A stretch of DNA of 64,000 bases from Phoronis australis (GCA_002633005.1 NMRA01000037.1:1043972-1107971), one strand, 5' to 3'; numbered from the stretch's first letter, positions 35,201-48,838 are shown. Made by a program: numbers and translations. The notes: generated from the sequence alone by a model not told the origin.

Positions 35201-38200
35201 CAAGACAACACGTTTGTTGCCTTTGAATCTGTTCATTATCCAAACATGAGATTGGCGTTTTCATCCGCCGACGGTGGCCTAGTAAGGGATGCTTTACGCT
35301 ATGACAAAACTGCTCACTTTTCTTGCCGGATCGTGGTATGTTTTACATTTATTTAGAGCTCTTTTTAGCATTACTCTGGCGACTCTTTTCAAACGAAAAC
35401 TTGACCCTTTCAAATAAATTGTAAGCATATCCATCGACTGCCTGAAGCACGTAGCAAAGAGTGAAAGATGCGCCACCACCTGGGCCCGGTCTCTAATCTT
35501 TGTACTCGAAACGAACTCGAAACTATTTTTGGCAATTTCTCTGCTCCTTTTCTGCGAACTTAAGATACTTGGTTATCAGACATTACAGTTTATGCATAGG
35601 AGTTTCTAGTTCAAGTTTGCCCTTGAAGACCCTTATACTCGTGCTAAAAACTCGAGTAAAAACTCGAAATTTCGAGTTCAAACTCGATCTTATTGCTTTA
35701 ATCTTGGGTTTACAAACTGTGAACATAGGACATTAAATTACCTACGTAAGTTATTGTGTACTCGAGCATAGAATAAAAGACACTTATCTTGATTTCGCCC
35801 AAAAGTAGAGTAGAAAATGCCAAACCTAATTTCGAGTTCCATTTCGAGTAAAAAGATTGCAGACCGGGCCCAGGTTACTCGAGCATTTAGAGCCCTTGGG
35901 TTCCGTTACCCAAATATTTGTGCCGGTGTCTGCACTCAGAATGCGGCCCCCGGGATCTTAAAAACAGTTGAAGTTCAACTAGGTTTAGATATCCGAGGCA
36001 TCGGGCAAAACTGATTAAAAATTAATACTTTGCATTTAATGAAGGATCACGCCATGCCAAACAAATTTCATTATGGAAAGGACCTGATATAACTCAAAAC
36101 GCTTGCTCAAACATTCGACGAAGGTACACGAACTACAAAGCAGTTGCAAATAAATCAGTACATTCTAACCACTAAATAGACCATGTGGAAAAACGTTCCG
36201 TAAGTTTGATGCCAGAAACTCCACAGAATTCCACCCATCTATTGCTGATGAAATGTTTGAGCAAGATTAGACATTCGATGACCATCTCAAACTAATCTGA
36301 AGCGAATAGTGGCTTCACACTGAGTACAGAACGAACCGCGACAGATTCCGACAGAGACTTCAAAACTCGAACATTCAAGAGACAACAAAACAACTATAAA
36401 TGATTCAGTGCGCACTTAGACCACTAAATGGACCATGGTAGAAAAAAGTATTTTCGCAAACTTGTTCTTAAACGGCTGAACTACTTGTATGCTGCAGCAT
36501 AGCTTGATGCAAAATTGTAGTTTTGATTTTTGAAGTTCACTGTGGAAATAAGTATCAAGAACTTTCGTTTATAAGCCTAGTACATGTCAACTTAATTCTT
36601 TTGGTCTTATGTGTTTGTATTTTTTATTTGATTTCGCATATCTGATTCTTACTGTAACGTTAATCGATATTGAAAAAGTAATCAACTAAACCCCATAGCT
36701 ATAATTATAGTAATGTGACGTATTTAACGTAAAAAAGGACACAGAAATTAANCACTGGACTGTGATAAATCTTGGAAAAAACATTGTCCGTCTCCACAAC
36801 AACAACAAGTTCATATGCATATCTCAAGCTGGGGCGTGTATTACGGAATTTGTAAGCTTTTATGCTTTGTAACCGTGAACGTTAAAGCCAAAACACTCAG
36901 CTCTGATATAAAACTCCCTTCTCCAGTGGAATATTTGCGTTACTAAACAAACGCTGAAGCGTTTTTTTTATATTTTCAAGCGTGAAAATGACTACAACAC
37001 ATAGTTCATGAGTGAAAATCTACGTCTTGCACTGGGCGGAAAAATTAAAGACAAACCTAATATTTGTTTATTGCTCACAAGATTACGTTTTTTTTAAAAA
37101 AAGATATTATGCACTGATGAGTTCAGCAATCGGATTCCAAGCATTGCGATGTATGGTATTATTACGTAACAAACACTTAATTTGCTTAAGTTAAGATCTA
37201 AATATACCGTTTTCACGTCTCATTTCGATCTTCTTGTTATTTCTTTTTACTTAAATATCTTGTTGATTGTGTCTCATCTTTCTTTACCTTGTCTTGTGTT
37301 GTTAATACAATTTTTCTCAAAACCATTGAGCCATTTGTTACACACGCCATTGATTTGCATTTATTTTCGTTTCATGAGCCGAGTAATTATTGTCGCTTCA
37401 ACAATGATTCCAGCCTGTGGGAACAGAACCAGCCAGAGAGGCCGACCTGCGCCTAAGCGTTCAAGACAACACGTTTGTTGCCTTTGAATCTGTTCATTAT
37501 CCAAACATGAGATTGGCGTTTTCATCCGCCGACGGTGGCCTAGTAAAGGATGCTTTACGCTATGACAAAACTGCGCACTTTTCTTGCCGGATCGTGGTAT
37601 GTTTTACATTTATTTAGAGCTCTTTTTAGCATTACTCTGGCGACTCTTTTCAAACGAAAACTTGACCCTTTCAAATAAATTGTAAGCATATCCATTGACT
37701 GTCTGAAGCACGTAGCAAGGAGTGAAAGATGCGCCACCATCTGGTTACACGAGCATTTTGAGCCCTTGGGTTCCGTCACCCAAATATGTACAAAAATGTA
37801 TTTGTGCCGGTGTCTGCACTCAGAATGCGGCCCCGGGATCTTAAAAAAAGTTGAGCTTCAACTCGGTGTAGATATCCGAGGCACCGGGCAAAACTGATTA
37901 AAAATTAATACTTTGCATATAATGAAGGGTCACGCCATGCCAAACAAATTTCATTCTGGAAAGGACCTGATATAACTCAAAACGCTTTCTCAAACATTCG
38001 ACGAAGGTACACGAAATACAAAGCAGTTGCAAATAAATCAGTACATTCTAACCACTAAATAGACCATGTGGGAAAAATGTTCCGTAGGTTCGATGCCAGA
38101 AACTCCACAGAATTCCACCCATCTATTGCTGATGAAATGTTTGAGCAAGATTAGACATTCGATGACCATCTCAAACTAATCTGAAGCGAATGGTGGCTTC

Positions 38201-38761
38201 ACACTGAGTACAGAACGAACCGCGACAGATTCCGACAGAGACTTCAAAACTCGAACATTCAAGAGACAACAAAACAACTATAAATGATTCTTAGACCACT
38301 AAATGGTCCATGGTAGAAAAAAGTATTTTCGCAAACTTGTTCTTAAACGGCTGAACTACTTGTATGCTGCAGCATAGCTTCTTAAACGGCTGAACTACTT
38401 GTATGCTGCAGCATAGCTTGAAGCCAAATTGTAGTTTTGATTTTTGAAGTTCACTGTGGAAATAAGTATCAAGAACTTTCGTTTATAAGCCTAGTACATG
38501 TCAACTTAATTCTTTTGGTCTTATGGGTTTGTATTTCTTATTTGATTTCGTATATCTGATTCTTACTGTAACGTTAATCGATATTGACAAAGTAATGAAC
38601 TAAACCCCATAGCTATAATTATAGTAATGTGACGTATTTAACGTAAAAAAGGACACAGAAATTAAGAAAAAAATGTTCGATGCTTCAAATGGAATGCATG
38701 CATTATGGAGATCTGTAACGCATTTTTTACTTTCTTACAGAGTTCTCCATATCAACAGTGA
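32237..38761 (+). CDS. Leaderless FGF/IL-1-like beta-trefoil protein, paralogue 1 (8 exons, about 240 aa)
   Basis: Exons 32237-32260, 32647-32733, 33062-33115, 33267-33386, 33991-34123, 34503-34603, 35153-35335, 38741-38761; GT-AG with compatible phases. Protein MSEPNPTSDKPGLKDIRNAIGQGVKNAAK...QHAQQWWDGKQTTPLLNNFCSNNVVALKSRNTEKCVQL...HWTVINLGKNIVRLHNNNKFICI...FVAFESVHYPNMRLAFSSADG...AHFSCRIVSSPYQQ. The model is supported by exon-for-exon match to paralogue 2. AATAAA at about 38840. Confidence 0.85.
34505..38665. other. About 2-kb duplication across the single N at 36753 (probable uncollapsed haplotypes)
   Basis: 34505-36751 vs 36754-38665 are colinear with SNPs and indels. The second copy starts mid-exon exactly at the N and repeats exon 6 (partial, 36754-36852) and exon 7 (37414-37596). 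Confidence 0.8.
35483..35870. mobile_element. 388-bp PIF/Harbinger-like MITE, present in only one of the two duplicate copies
   Basis: About 40-bp TIRs: ggcccggtct(ct/gc)aatcttt(g/t)tactcgaaa..gaactcgaaa. Flanked by CTG and CAG. The empty site caccat-CTG-gttacac is at about 37735-37750. Confidence 0.85.
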
Positions 38762-41700
38762 TTGCCTACCTCACAAGAGTCTTGTTGACATCAAAATTTG
38801 ATTAAATTGCGTTGTTTCTGTCGCTTTTTATGAATACAAAATAAAGGTCAGTAGTGCTGCGTTCTATTTGTCAGTGTTTCAAATTTGAATTTTGTGATTC
38901 ACATGCAAGGGCTGCACTTTGGTTTGCACCACCAAATGCAGGCTTGGTCACCCACTGCGGACGAACTTTTAAAGTTCAAAGGTCGAACGAGAAGTGGGAA
39001 GAACGAGCCCGAGGTCTGCTCGAAATCGAACTCGACATCATGCGGAGTGCAAGTTTAACATTTGGTAACAACGGTTTTAAGTTTGCCTAAATTACCTTTC
39101 TGTACAATCCAAGAACATCACATTTGTCACCAGCCTACAGGGCTAAATGAGATGTTCGCATGACAAAACGGATCTCCGCGATCAGAGTTTTCATCACACT
39201 AACTAGCAACGTGTTGGTACTTCTTGTTCAGCACCTCTGGAATGAAATCCTATTTTGATGAATGAAAGGTTTGTCAGTTGGGATATTTATAGAAGAGACT
39301 GGAACAAGGAAGAATGCTTTTCTGTCTTAAATTCTTCGCTTTTTACTACCAAAAATCAGTGCTTGTAACGTTAATTAGGCCTAGCCCTTCTATTGAATCA
39401 AGTCTGTGTCTTACGCGGTCTCCTCCACCGTGACAAACCCTGTGGATGCTCCACACGCAATCGGTGACTGCAGAGTCAGTGAGTCGGAACCCAGTTATGT
39501 CTTACGGCATTCCGCCTTTGAGTCTGGTGCGACTCTCGTTTCTCTTGCATTTATCAAACACTGAATCACCACCGAGTTTCAATTAACCTAGCTGAGGAAG
39601 TTTATTCGATAAATAAGGGATAAACCATAATCGCCTATTTTATGCTACGGTAGGTTCTGGTGGGCGCCGTTTTCCTAAATCAAGTGTCCCTTTATTCAGA
39701 ATAAGGCGTTTGCGCCTATACGCGAACCATTTGAGTCAACCATGTTTGAAGGCGACGCTCTAGAAACAGGTGTACTTTGTCTTAAAATACGCTCAGCTAT
39801 TTGGATCGTGGAACGTAAAAGGTCTAATTTGCAAATAATGCAGGCTGTCGTAGCACGTCTAATTAAAGACTTGTTTTTCAGCTGGACGAACACAGTTGGC
39901 ACTGATTTCACCTCTTCTAGCGAGAATTAAGGTTAAATAAATGGTTCAAGTCACGATTCCTTTGAAAGGTTTCACAATGTAGTACTAAAAGACTGTTTCA
40001 ATCGATTAATATTATGCTAATTTTATCATCCTTTGTATGTGATGCAGGCTGGCATAGCACTGACGACCAGACTTTCATGAACATGTACACGCACACGTAC
40101 TTATAGGGCACAACCCAATTGAGCACTTGTTTTTGTTTTTCATTTGGAATTTTTTCTGCATTTACTGGGAATTAAGGTTAAATAAATGTTTCAAGTCACG
40201 TTTTCACATTGTAGCACTATGGGTGTGTTTCGATTAATACAATACTTCATTCTTTGCAGTTACATGAAAACTTTTAAATTTGCGCATGACACAGTGGTCA
40301 CTGGACTGGACTGTTAACTCTTATTCCCACTGAGTGAGCACAACAGAACGTGTTGTATGAGTTACAACTTTGGACATGTGCTGTTAAACAATGCAACTTG
40401 AAGTCTTTTAAAAATGCTTCTCACGGGTAAGGTTATGCAGTACATCGAGAACAATGCCCCGGTATATCTGGACACGGCCTGTTTGCTTGTGACGCAAAGA
40501 GCACCTATCTGCACCTGTGCGCGAAACTTCGGCGAAGAGTCAGTATGCGAAACATGTCAGTTAGAAATCGGAAAAATGCATTATTTCGGATGGGCCTAAA
40601 TACGTGCATAGGCCTACTTAGCCACAGCAATGGAACTAGTGCTAAGAAGAAATTTGAATAATCATTTAATTATCTGATAGCCAATGATTGTCGATGAGGC
40701 TTTCTACTTGTAACAAGGCTACTGGAAAAACATGGGTTTCCAAAACAAAGGATTGTTCACGGTACTTCGTTCACAGATTGACGATGTGCATCACTTGACA
40801 ATTAAAATGAGATAAGGCCGATGAGAAGGGATCTCTACCGCATAGTTGTGATTGTCCCCGCTAGATGTCGCTGTCTTACTGACTGCGCAAAAATTTTGTT
40901 CCGGTTTCTGCGTGGAAGTTGTTTTCGTGAGACATCGGTAAGAAAAACATGCAATAGTCCACCCCCGTCACCTTTCTTAAACCCTTACTCTATATTTCAC
41001 CATTGATAATAGAGTACAATGTACAGTATGCGTGACTATCACGTAATCCCAGTGTATAAAATAACTATTTACGGAGTTACACGATCTCGTATTTACCATT
41101 CACTAGTTTTCCAAGAATTTTCCAATTTTGCACTTTCACTGTTGACTGTTGTTAAGAAACTAACGTGGGTTATAGAAATCTGATCTTATTCAGTGCAAGG
41201 ACGAGTCCACGTCAGCACGATCTCTGGTTAATTACTGCGCGCTTAAAATACAGGCGTTATTGAAAACCATTGGCATTGATAGCCGAACAATACGATTGCC
41301 CAGATCTTAGTAAGAGAGGTTGATACTCCCAGGTCGGTTTGCCTGGGGGTAATCATATCTTACATATTCGTTGGCAATATGTTGCTTTGTTTGATAGACA
41401 GTGGCACATTCTGAAAATTCGTGTTGCCGGAAGATTTTCTGAAAATACAATCCTGGTTAAACTATCAAAGTCAGGTTACTATATGCATCTTATTCACGCA
41501 TGCAGTCACCATTTTAAAAGTGAGCCTCTTTTTAGGTTTCAAAAACAATGCATTCTGCTCTTGATCACAGCTCAAAGCATGTTTTTTTTCGTGTGCCTCG
41601 TTCTATTTATGTCTCCAATGCATTGTTTTTTTAAACCTAAAAAGAGGCTCACAACTAAAATGGCTACTGAGTGAATAAGGCGTATGTGCACCCTTCAAGT

Positions 41701-42362
41701 GTACACTGATGCTTACCATCAGGCATCCTTCCAGCTTGAACAAATATGATACTATCAACATTTTTGCTCATGATCCTTCATTCCGTCAACAAAATCAAAG
41801 ACTGAACTCCACTACAGTCAATGTGCTCAAGGTCAAACAAAAACATGTTGTGTGGGGGTGCTAAGTATAATGAGACAACTCCTATGGTAACACTTGGGGT
41901 TTTGTTACCCCAACGCTTTAGCGAGACGAAGCCAGACTGTGACTAACCCATCCTAATTGATTCACAAATTAAAGCTCGTGGCTTAGAAGAAAACCTATTT
42001 GCTAATTTTTCTCATAATGCATGGATTTTAAAAATTCACAGACGGCTACTACTTACTTTTCAGTTTTAAAAACAGTTGTGTTGGTTGTTTGCCTTAAAAT
42101 AATTATTGTTCATTTTTTACTTTGAAACTTTTTTGCTAGATAGCCAAAGACTTTTGCTAGATTTTCTGGGTTAAACACTGCACGCTTTTTTGTCCACTTG
42201 CATGCAAATCTTGTAAGCATGAGATTTTCCTTATGCCAGCCATCTGCCAGCCATGCTGAGAGGTGGCAGCACATACAGGGACCTGTGTTGCTTGTCTAAA
42301 AAGTGTCCAGTAAGCAACACATGTAATGTGCACTTTATCTTTTTAGGTACATATTCTTGAGG

Positions 42363-45300
42363 ATGGCGTATAAGCGACCCCAGCAGTCAAAGGTGCGTAA
42401 ATTTTTGGGCACGAATAGGAGACTTATCCAAACTAATAATTGCTTACTAGTTTAAACTGCACACATGACACTATTTAAAAAAATCAATCTATATAGAAAT
42501 TATTTTATACAGGGTTTTCCATGGAGCGCTTAGTGAGTCATGGTTCTTAATTTTTGGGGATTTCACTTTTGATCAGTTGTACCTCAATGTTTTATTCAAA
42601 AGCTGGATGCCGTTCTAGAAACTAAAGTCTATTCCAACTTAAACTTTGACCTTATACACATCCAAACCTGTTGAGATAGCTGATACTTTGCTACAAGGGT
42701 TCTTCAATGAAAAAGTGGCCAGATGCAAATCTCGAGTTATAACCACATTTTCAAGAAATGCAAGTGGTTTTTAGGGTGTGGCTATTCTCACTGTATATGC
42801 CTTAACTTACGCTCCATGCAGCAGCTTGTAATAAGTCTCTCAGTTAGTTTCAGTAAGACACCCAGTGCTTGGGAGGTGTCGCACTTGTAACTTTAATACT
42901 GTGGTCATCACTTGAGTGTAACTTAGGATTACACAGTCATCCACAGAAACCATTGTATACTTGAGCACAGAATTATAGATAGTTCTCTTGAGTTTCTACT
43001 AAAGTAGAGTGGAAAATGTCAAAAATATTTTTTAATTTAATTTTGCCTGAGTTAAAAGGTTCTGTATTCCTTCAGTTTAACTCATTACTGTATGTTAAGT
43101 TAAGTTTGTAGATTTCAACCGTAACTCATCACTTGTGTGCGGTCTCATTAAGAGTTATATTCAGACTCTGACTGTTGCGGCTGGATCCAAAGAAACTGCG
43201 GAACTGCCCTGTTTGTGGAAGGGCTACAGATTGACCTTTAGTTTGTCAAGTACTTTGCTTGAGTCTTTCTGATTAGCTAGTCTGTTCGCTTGATCGTTTC
43301 TTCACCCTGTATGCGGTTATGCTTGTATGTAAGACAGCCATACAACTTCTATTACAGGGACTTTTTGCTCAGCTAGAGGACATTGGAAATTCTATTGGCA
43401 AAGAGATAGACAGGGCTGGCAGGGATGCTCAACAGTGGTTTGATGGACAGAAGACTTCACCTCTGTTGGTAGGTTATAAGTGGCTGCCAGTCACTGAGTT
43501 ATACTGTAAACATAATACGGTATCCTTAAAGCCCACATGAACCCAAGTTTCATCAAAGAAACCAGCTTTTGAGTTAGGTTGTGGTGCCATCTATCCACCA
43601 GTTATAACGATTAGTTATGACAATGGTGTGTGTTTTCAACCTTACAATATCACTACAAAACTGATCTCAATAACTTTTTACTCTAATTTAGAGATGGTTT
43701 CTGATCTTGGAAATGACCGACACTTTGTTATTCCTTGAGACTATGATTGGCGCCTACGATGACGCACCATGATAAGCCAACTTGTTTACCCAGCTGTTGA
43801 CACCTGAAATCTTATCTCAGTGTGGTTCAAATCAAAACTTCATTTTTGATGTAGGGCTTGTTTGTAGTAATTTTGAAGATGGCAATCATTGGCAAGTTGA
43901 CACTTATCAAGTGGGGAGCATAAAAACAGAAAACAATAAATAGTTTAAAGGAATACTGCTGGTATTTTGCGTTTTAACTTTGACGAAGAAATTTTTTGTG
44001 GGAGTGAAAACCACGATTTGTTGTTCAGTGCAACAATAAATGTCACCACTAGTTGGATATAATAGATCCGGATTTAGAGAACCAGTTTCATCCACTAAAA
44101 GAACATGGCCGTTATTCAGTTATTGTCTGGTTCTCTAAATCAGGGTCCATTATATCCGACTAATGCCTAATGTCACAGTTTATTTCTTGATAGTTCTCAT
44201 CAACGCTACCAACGTCAAGAATCAATTACCTGATTAAACCCTGACTAGTTTCTTGTCAGTGAACTGAGTAGTCAAAATATGCCAAGCAATTATTGTCACT
44301 GTGCTTTCTGTTCTTTCTTCATCATCCCTTGGAATCTTGACTCGGAGAGACGTTCCTCGAACTCAATAGAGTAAGACCCGTGCAGTTTAAATTAACTGAA
44401 TTCTTATTTCTTGATGGTTTTTGATTGGTTTTGAATTGTTTGAGACTGAAACTGACACAAGAGCTTTTGAGTTTTCACAAAATTTTTGATTTTTCACAAA
44501 CACATTGAGGTTATTGACATTTGATTGACAACGCTTCTGACTTGTCTGGGAAATAGTTCCACAATTTTTGTTAGAGAATGCAAGGACACCTTTGGGGATT
44601 TTTTGGACCCTAAACAAAGTTCGTGATTTGTTTTGAAGAAAAACGTACACAAATTTGGTCAAAATCAACTTTAACCATCTAATTTTCCAAACTCAGGTCC
44701 AGCAAATTTCAATTAAAATCAAACATTATGTTCAAATGTTCATAAAATTATTCAAAAGTGATATGGATGCTGACTTTACATAAAGCTTATTCTGCGAATG
44801 ATGTCGTTATTGCACGTCTTTGGTTCTAGCTTTTTTGTTCACATTCCCTGAAATCTACTTGTTGACACGATTGCCTTTGAATCTAAAGTGAGCATTTCCT
44901 AGGCTACGGTGATGTGGCTTTGGGCAAATTTTATTTTATCATCTGATCACTAATTTTGATTGTTTTTACAGAACAGCTTCTCTACAGGGAACATTGTGAC
45001 TCTGATAGCCCGATCAACAGGCCGTTGTCTACAGATACTTCAGGAACTCAATGGAACTCTAGTTGTGGATGCACTGGGAATTGACAGTCCGCAGTCTTTT
45101 AATGGTAAAAACCTGAAGCAACAGTAGCATTTTTAGCGATGCAGCGACGATCCATCGAAATAAGCAGTATCGCAATTCTTTCTTCTGAGTTTTTGGTCGA
45201 CAAGTGTTTGTGTAATCAAATGTTTGAATGGTTGGGGACTTACAGCAATGGTGGCAAACTGTGTTTCTACGATTCTTTGTGATCCTCTTACTAGCACAAC

Positions 45301-48300
45301 TGTGCAGTGAAGTGTTCAAATTATACCTCTGGATGAAAAAATTCTGTTTCATCCTTCTCCCAATACCTGCATCGGTGTGTTGCGCAAAGTTTGAGCAGGG
45401 ATCAGGTGGACGTGCCTTTTGTGCTCTCACAATAGTAAAGAGTTCTTTATTTGCCAGGCTGCCATCCTGATAGTATTTCCTTCAAAGCTCCGTATCAGTA
45501 AGATTATTCTCACTAGTGTTGGGTTATTTTGCAAATGGTTAACAGGTGGTAAAAAATCCAATAATTTGCACGTGTCCTCCATCTTTGTACCAATTTTGTT
45601 CAAATGTTTTACACAATCTCAAATTACGTTAAAGACTTGACTACTTTTGCTGCTAACTGTCTTGACTTTATTTCTTTCATAATCGACGTATAACATTTGA
45701 TGCTCAGGAAGTAGACTATGTAACATTTTACAAATCTTCGTCATCAACATCAGTTAAAACAACAACTATTTCCGTAGCGTTCTTATCTTCGAACAGCACG
45801 TACCATTCATTGTCAAGGGGAATGGTAAAATGCTAAAAGCGTGCGAAGTACACAATGCACTATGTATGTGACTATTACGTGAGCAGTGGAAATATCAAAT
45901 ACTAATGCAGGATGAGATCTCAGTCTTAAGTGCGGAGGACAGTACATGACAAAAGTAGTCGGACAAACTACCATTTCCCCCTCATGATGGGTGATTCCGT
46001 TTACAGCATCAATGTCTGGTAGCAACGATAAAGGCGGCAAAATTCTAATTGAAGGAAGGCTTAGCCGCATAACTAACTTTCCTGTTCTCTTCTTTCTTGA
46101 ACACCAGGAAAGACTACTTTGAGGATGAATTTGGATTTTGCTCAGATGGTGTATTTTTGATAATTTTTTCTGAATACCTTTGGCTTGTACAAGATAATTA
46201 ATCCATGAAATAAATGAAAAAATATGAATTTGATTTTACAGTGCACTGGACAGTTATAAATCTGGGAAACAACATTGTGCGGTTGCATAACAACAATAAC
46301 TACCTGGTTATTGCCAATGGTGTTACTTGTCTTATCAATTTTGTAAGTATTTATTGTATTTTTTGCGAATAAAAAACCTAAATAGTTTGCTTTACATTAG
46401 TTCATGTTGGTTAATTGTGGACTTGGAGACATTTGTTGGACACTTTATGAAGCTTGCCTCATGAGTGAGATAATAGATTGCACATTAAGAGCATGTTGCT
46501 CCTCAAGTTGGTTGATTTTTGAGTAGCTAAAATTGACTCTATTTTGTTGTCCCAGAAATCAAAGTCATAACTAGGCCATGTATCCCTAGAAAACCACTCT
46601 TTCAAATTTCTTACTGTGACAGGACTTCTTTTCTGTTGGTGCGTAAAGCATCCATAGCGGCCTAAGAAATGCTTGAGAAAATCACCAGCCCTTCCAAAGT
46701 TTAACTTCTTTAATCTCTCATTTGCAACTGAATATTGATGTGGATTTTTTCAATTTCATGATTAATCACTAAATGGAAGGTAATTGCTGTTCAAATATTT
46801 GTCAAATTGTTTTGTTAATAAATTGGTATTGGTGTTGGTTTTGTGATTGGCACCAACTGTGTATTTTTTGGTAAACTGTAGTGCAATGCCAAGTCAATCA
46901 GTTCCGAAATTAATTATCTCACGCTTAATCTTGAAGCTGTTGTGGATCTTGATTTAAACCACTTGCAAGTATTTGGTCTTCAATGGTTCTTCACTCAGAT
47001 TGAATGTGACTTCAGGGTTTGAAAGTGACTAACACTTTGTTATTTCTCAAGATCATACTCGATATGTTGACTTGTTGTAGAGTCCGGTGAGTCATTTAGT
47101 GTGTCGAGGATAGCCTCAAGCAAAATCAAATTATAAGTTCTGCTCTGGAAATTACTAATACTTTGAGAAGGAGACACCGTGTGACCAGCTTTAGAGAACT
47201 TTTTGTTAGACGGTGAATTCACAGCAGCTTTGAATGATAAATTTTATGTGACACAGTTTGTCGCTCAGTTTGAATTTTTGTGGAGTACACAATTGGAACA
47301 CAGGCGCATCTAACCTCTCTCATGGTTTTCTCTCTTCTTGCCAGCCTCCAGGGTCAGACCCCGGTGTAGAGTCTCAGCTGAGAGTAAGTGTCAGGGACAA
47401 CGCCTTCACTGTGTTTGAGTCGGTCAAGACTCCAGGTCACCATCTTGGAGTGACACCTAATGGCAACCTCAAGCCTGCTGTGGCAACAAGCAAGATGCAA
47501 ATGGATTCACACTTTAGTTGCCGTGTTGTCGTAAGTATACTTTATAATTGCTTAGTGTATCTGCTCGATGACACATTTATTTGAAAGTTAAACTGTTTTC
47601 ACCTTGTAGTTTGTTGTATGAGTAGTTGGCAATTAATTTTTGTCACACCGTCGCCATGTTGTTACAAGGAACCTGAACAGACTGTGGTTATAACACAAGG
47701 AAGGACTGTGTCAAAACTACTGAACAGTATTTCAGTTTTTGTAAGTCATTGTTTTTTGATTGTTATCCAAAATTTTGGTTTCAATCTCTCCAGAACTACG
47801 AGCTTTGCATTTTAGGCTTCAAGCCTTCCAGTACTTCTAGTGATTATCTGATTGCAATAAATAGTAATTAGTTATGACCAAGTGTCAAGCTCTTGAGTCT
47901 GGTTTGACAAAACGTATCAATCGAATTTGTAAGTTTTAAGTCTTTGTTTCTTGTGAAAAAGCGAGATTTCGCAACACCTTGCAAAAGGGCAAGTGTTTCA
48001 CGAGTTTACTCAGAAGCCTATTGTGGCCTATTCTTGGAAAATGGTGGTTAGTCTGCTCTGTTGGAACATGGCCACAACTTAGAGAGGTCGTAGTTCAAAT
48101 CCTGGTGATTTCTTCAAACAGTTCTGGGATACTTCCATTTCCTCATCTTGCTGTGTTTGGCATTGGGGCACAAGTTTGAGAAATCTGTTGTAGTAGAATT
48201 AGATAGCATTGCAATAGACTGGTCGTGGTATGTTTTCAGTCAACACAGAAGGTTGCGTGGATGTCAGGGTTATTTGAAACTGTTCTCATTTTAAAATGTT

Positions 48301-48838
48301 TCCAGGTGTACACAAAAGTATGTCAATCTAACCTATGTTCCTCCGGGGCATGTAGTAACTGTTGATGTCTTGTGGTGGCATGATTGCGTTTTGCATTTCA
48401 CTGCCTGAGGATTATTTAGTTATTTTAAGGATCTTAAGATGCAAACATACTGTGGACAATTCAGTCTGAGAATGCCTGCTCATAAGTAGGTGGCTTTAGG
48501 TGACCTGGAAGACATGACAAAAGTAAGACAATAAAGCAATTAAAAATATCGTCAATGTGCCGTTTTATGCAGACATTTTTCCTTTCAAACTTCTGGATGG
48601 CCCCCTTACAGCATCTTGGACAGCAGTGTAATAAAAGAGCTCATCAACTTTGAGGCTTGACTCCTCGTCCAAAGGCATGATTGACACATGCAAGAATATT
48701 GATAGTTGAGAGTGGTCCCTCAATTTAAATAAATTTTACTCATCAGCGGTTGTGTGCTGTGTTATCCTTGTCTTACACATTGGTTATTTTCTCTTCCAGT
48801 ACTCACCCTACCCACAACCAGCACCTGGTAAACGGTAA
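42363..48838 (+). CDS. Leaderless FGF/IL-1-like beta-trefoil protein, paralogue 2 (6 coding exons, about 199 aa)
   Basis: Exons 42363-42392, 43358-43468, 44972-45104, 46242-46342, 47345-47530, 48800-48838. Protein MAYKRPQQSKGLFAQLEDIGNSIGKEIDRAGRDAQQWFDGQKTSPLLNSFSTGNIVTLIARSTGRCLQILQELNGTLVVDALG...VHWTVINLGNNIVRLHNNNNYLVIANG...FTVFESVKTPGHHLGVTPNGNLKPAVATSKMQMDSHFSCRVVYSPYPQPAPGKR. Exon sizes 133 and 101 are identical to paralogue 1. Confidence 0.87.
44035..44185. repeat. Palindromic (hairpin) MITE-like element in an intron
   Basis: tagttggatataatagatccggatttagagaaccag is mirrored by ctggttctctaaatcagggtccattatatccgacta. Confidence 0.6.
48020..48110 (+). mobile_element. tRNA-derived SINE-like fragment
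   Basis: tggtggttag (A-box-like) followed by gaggtcgtAGTTCAAATCCtgg (B-box, 48092-48102). Confidence 0.35.

Noticed and set aside
34505-38665. Genuine tandem exon duplication or mutually exclusive splicing in beta-trefoil gene 1
   Set aside because: The junction is a single N, the second exon-6 copy lacks its acceptor, including both copies would frameshift, and the same pattern occurs at 25278 and 61211. This indicates an assembly artefact.
47666-47740. Extra alternative exon in beta-trefoil paralogue 2
   Set aside because: It has a GTAAGT donor but a weak acceptor and no counterpart in paralogue 1.
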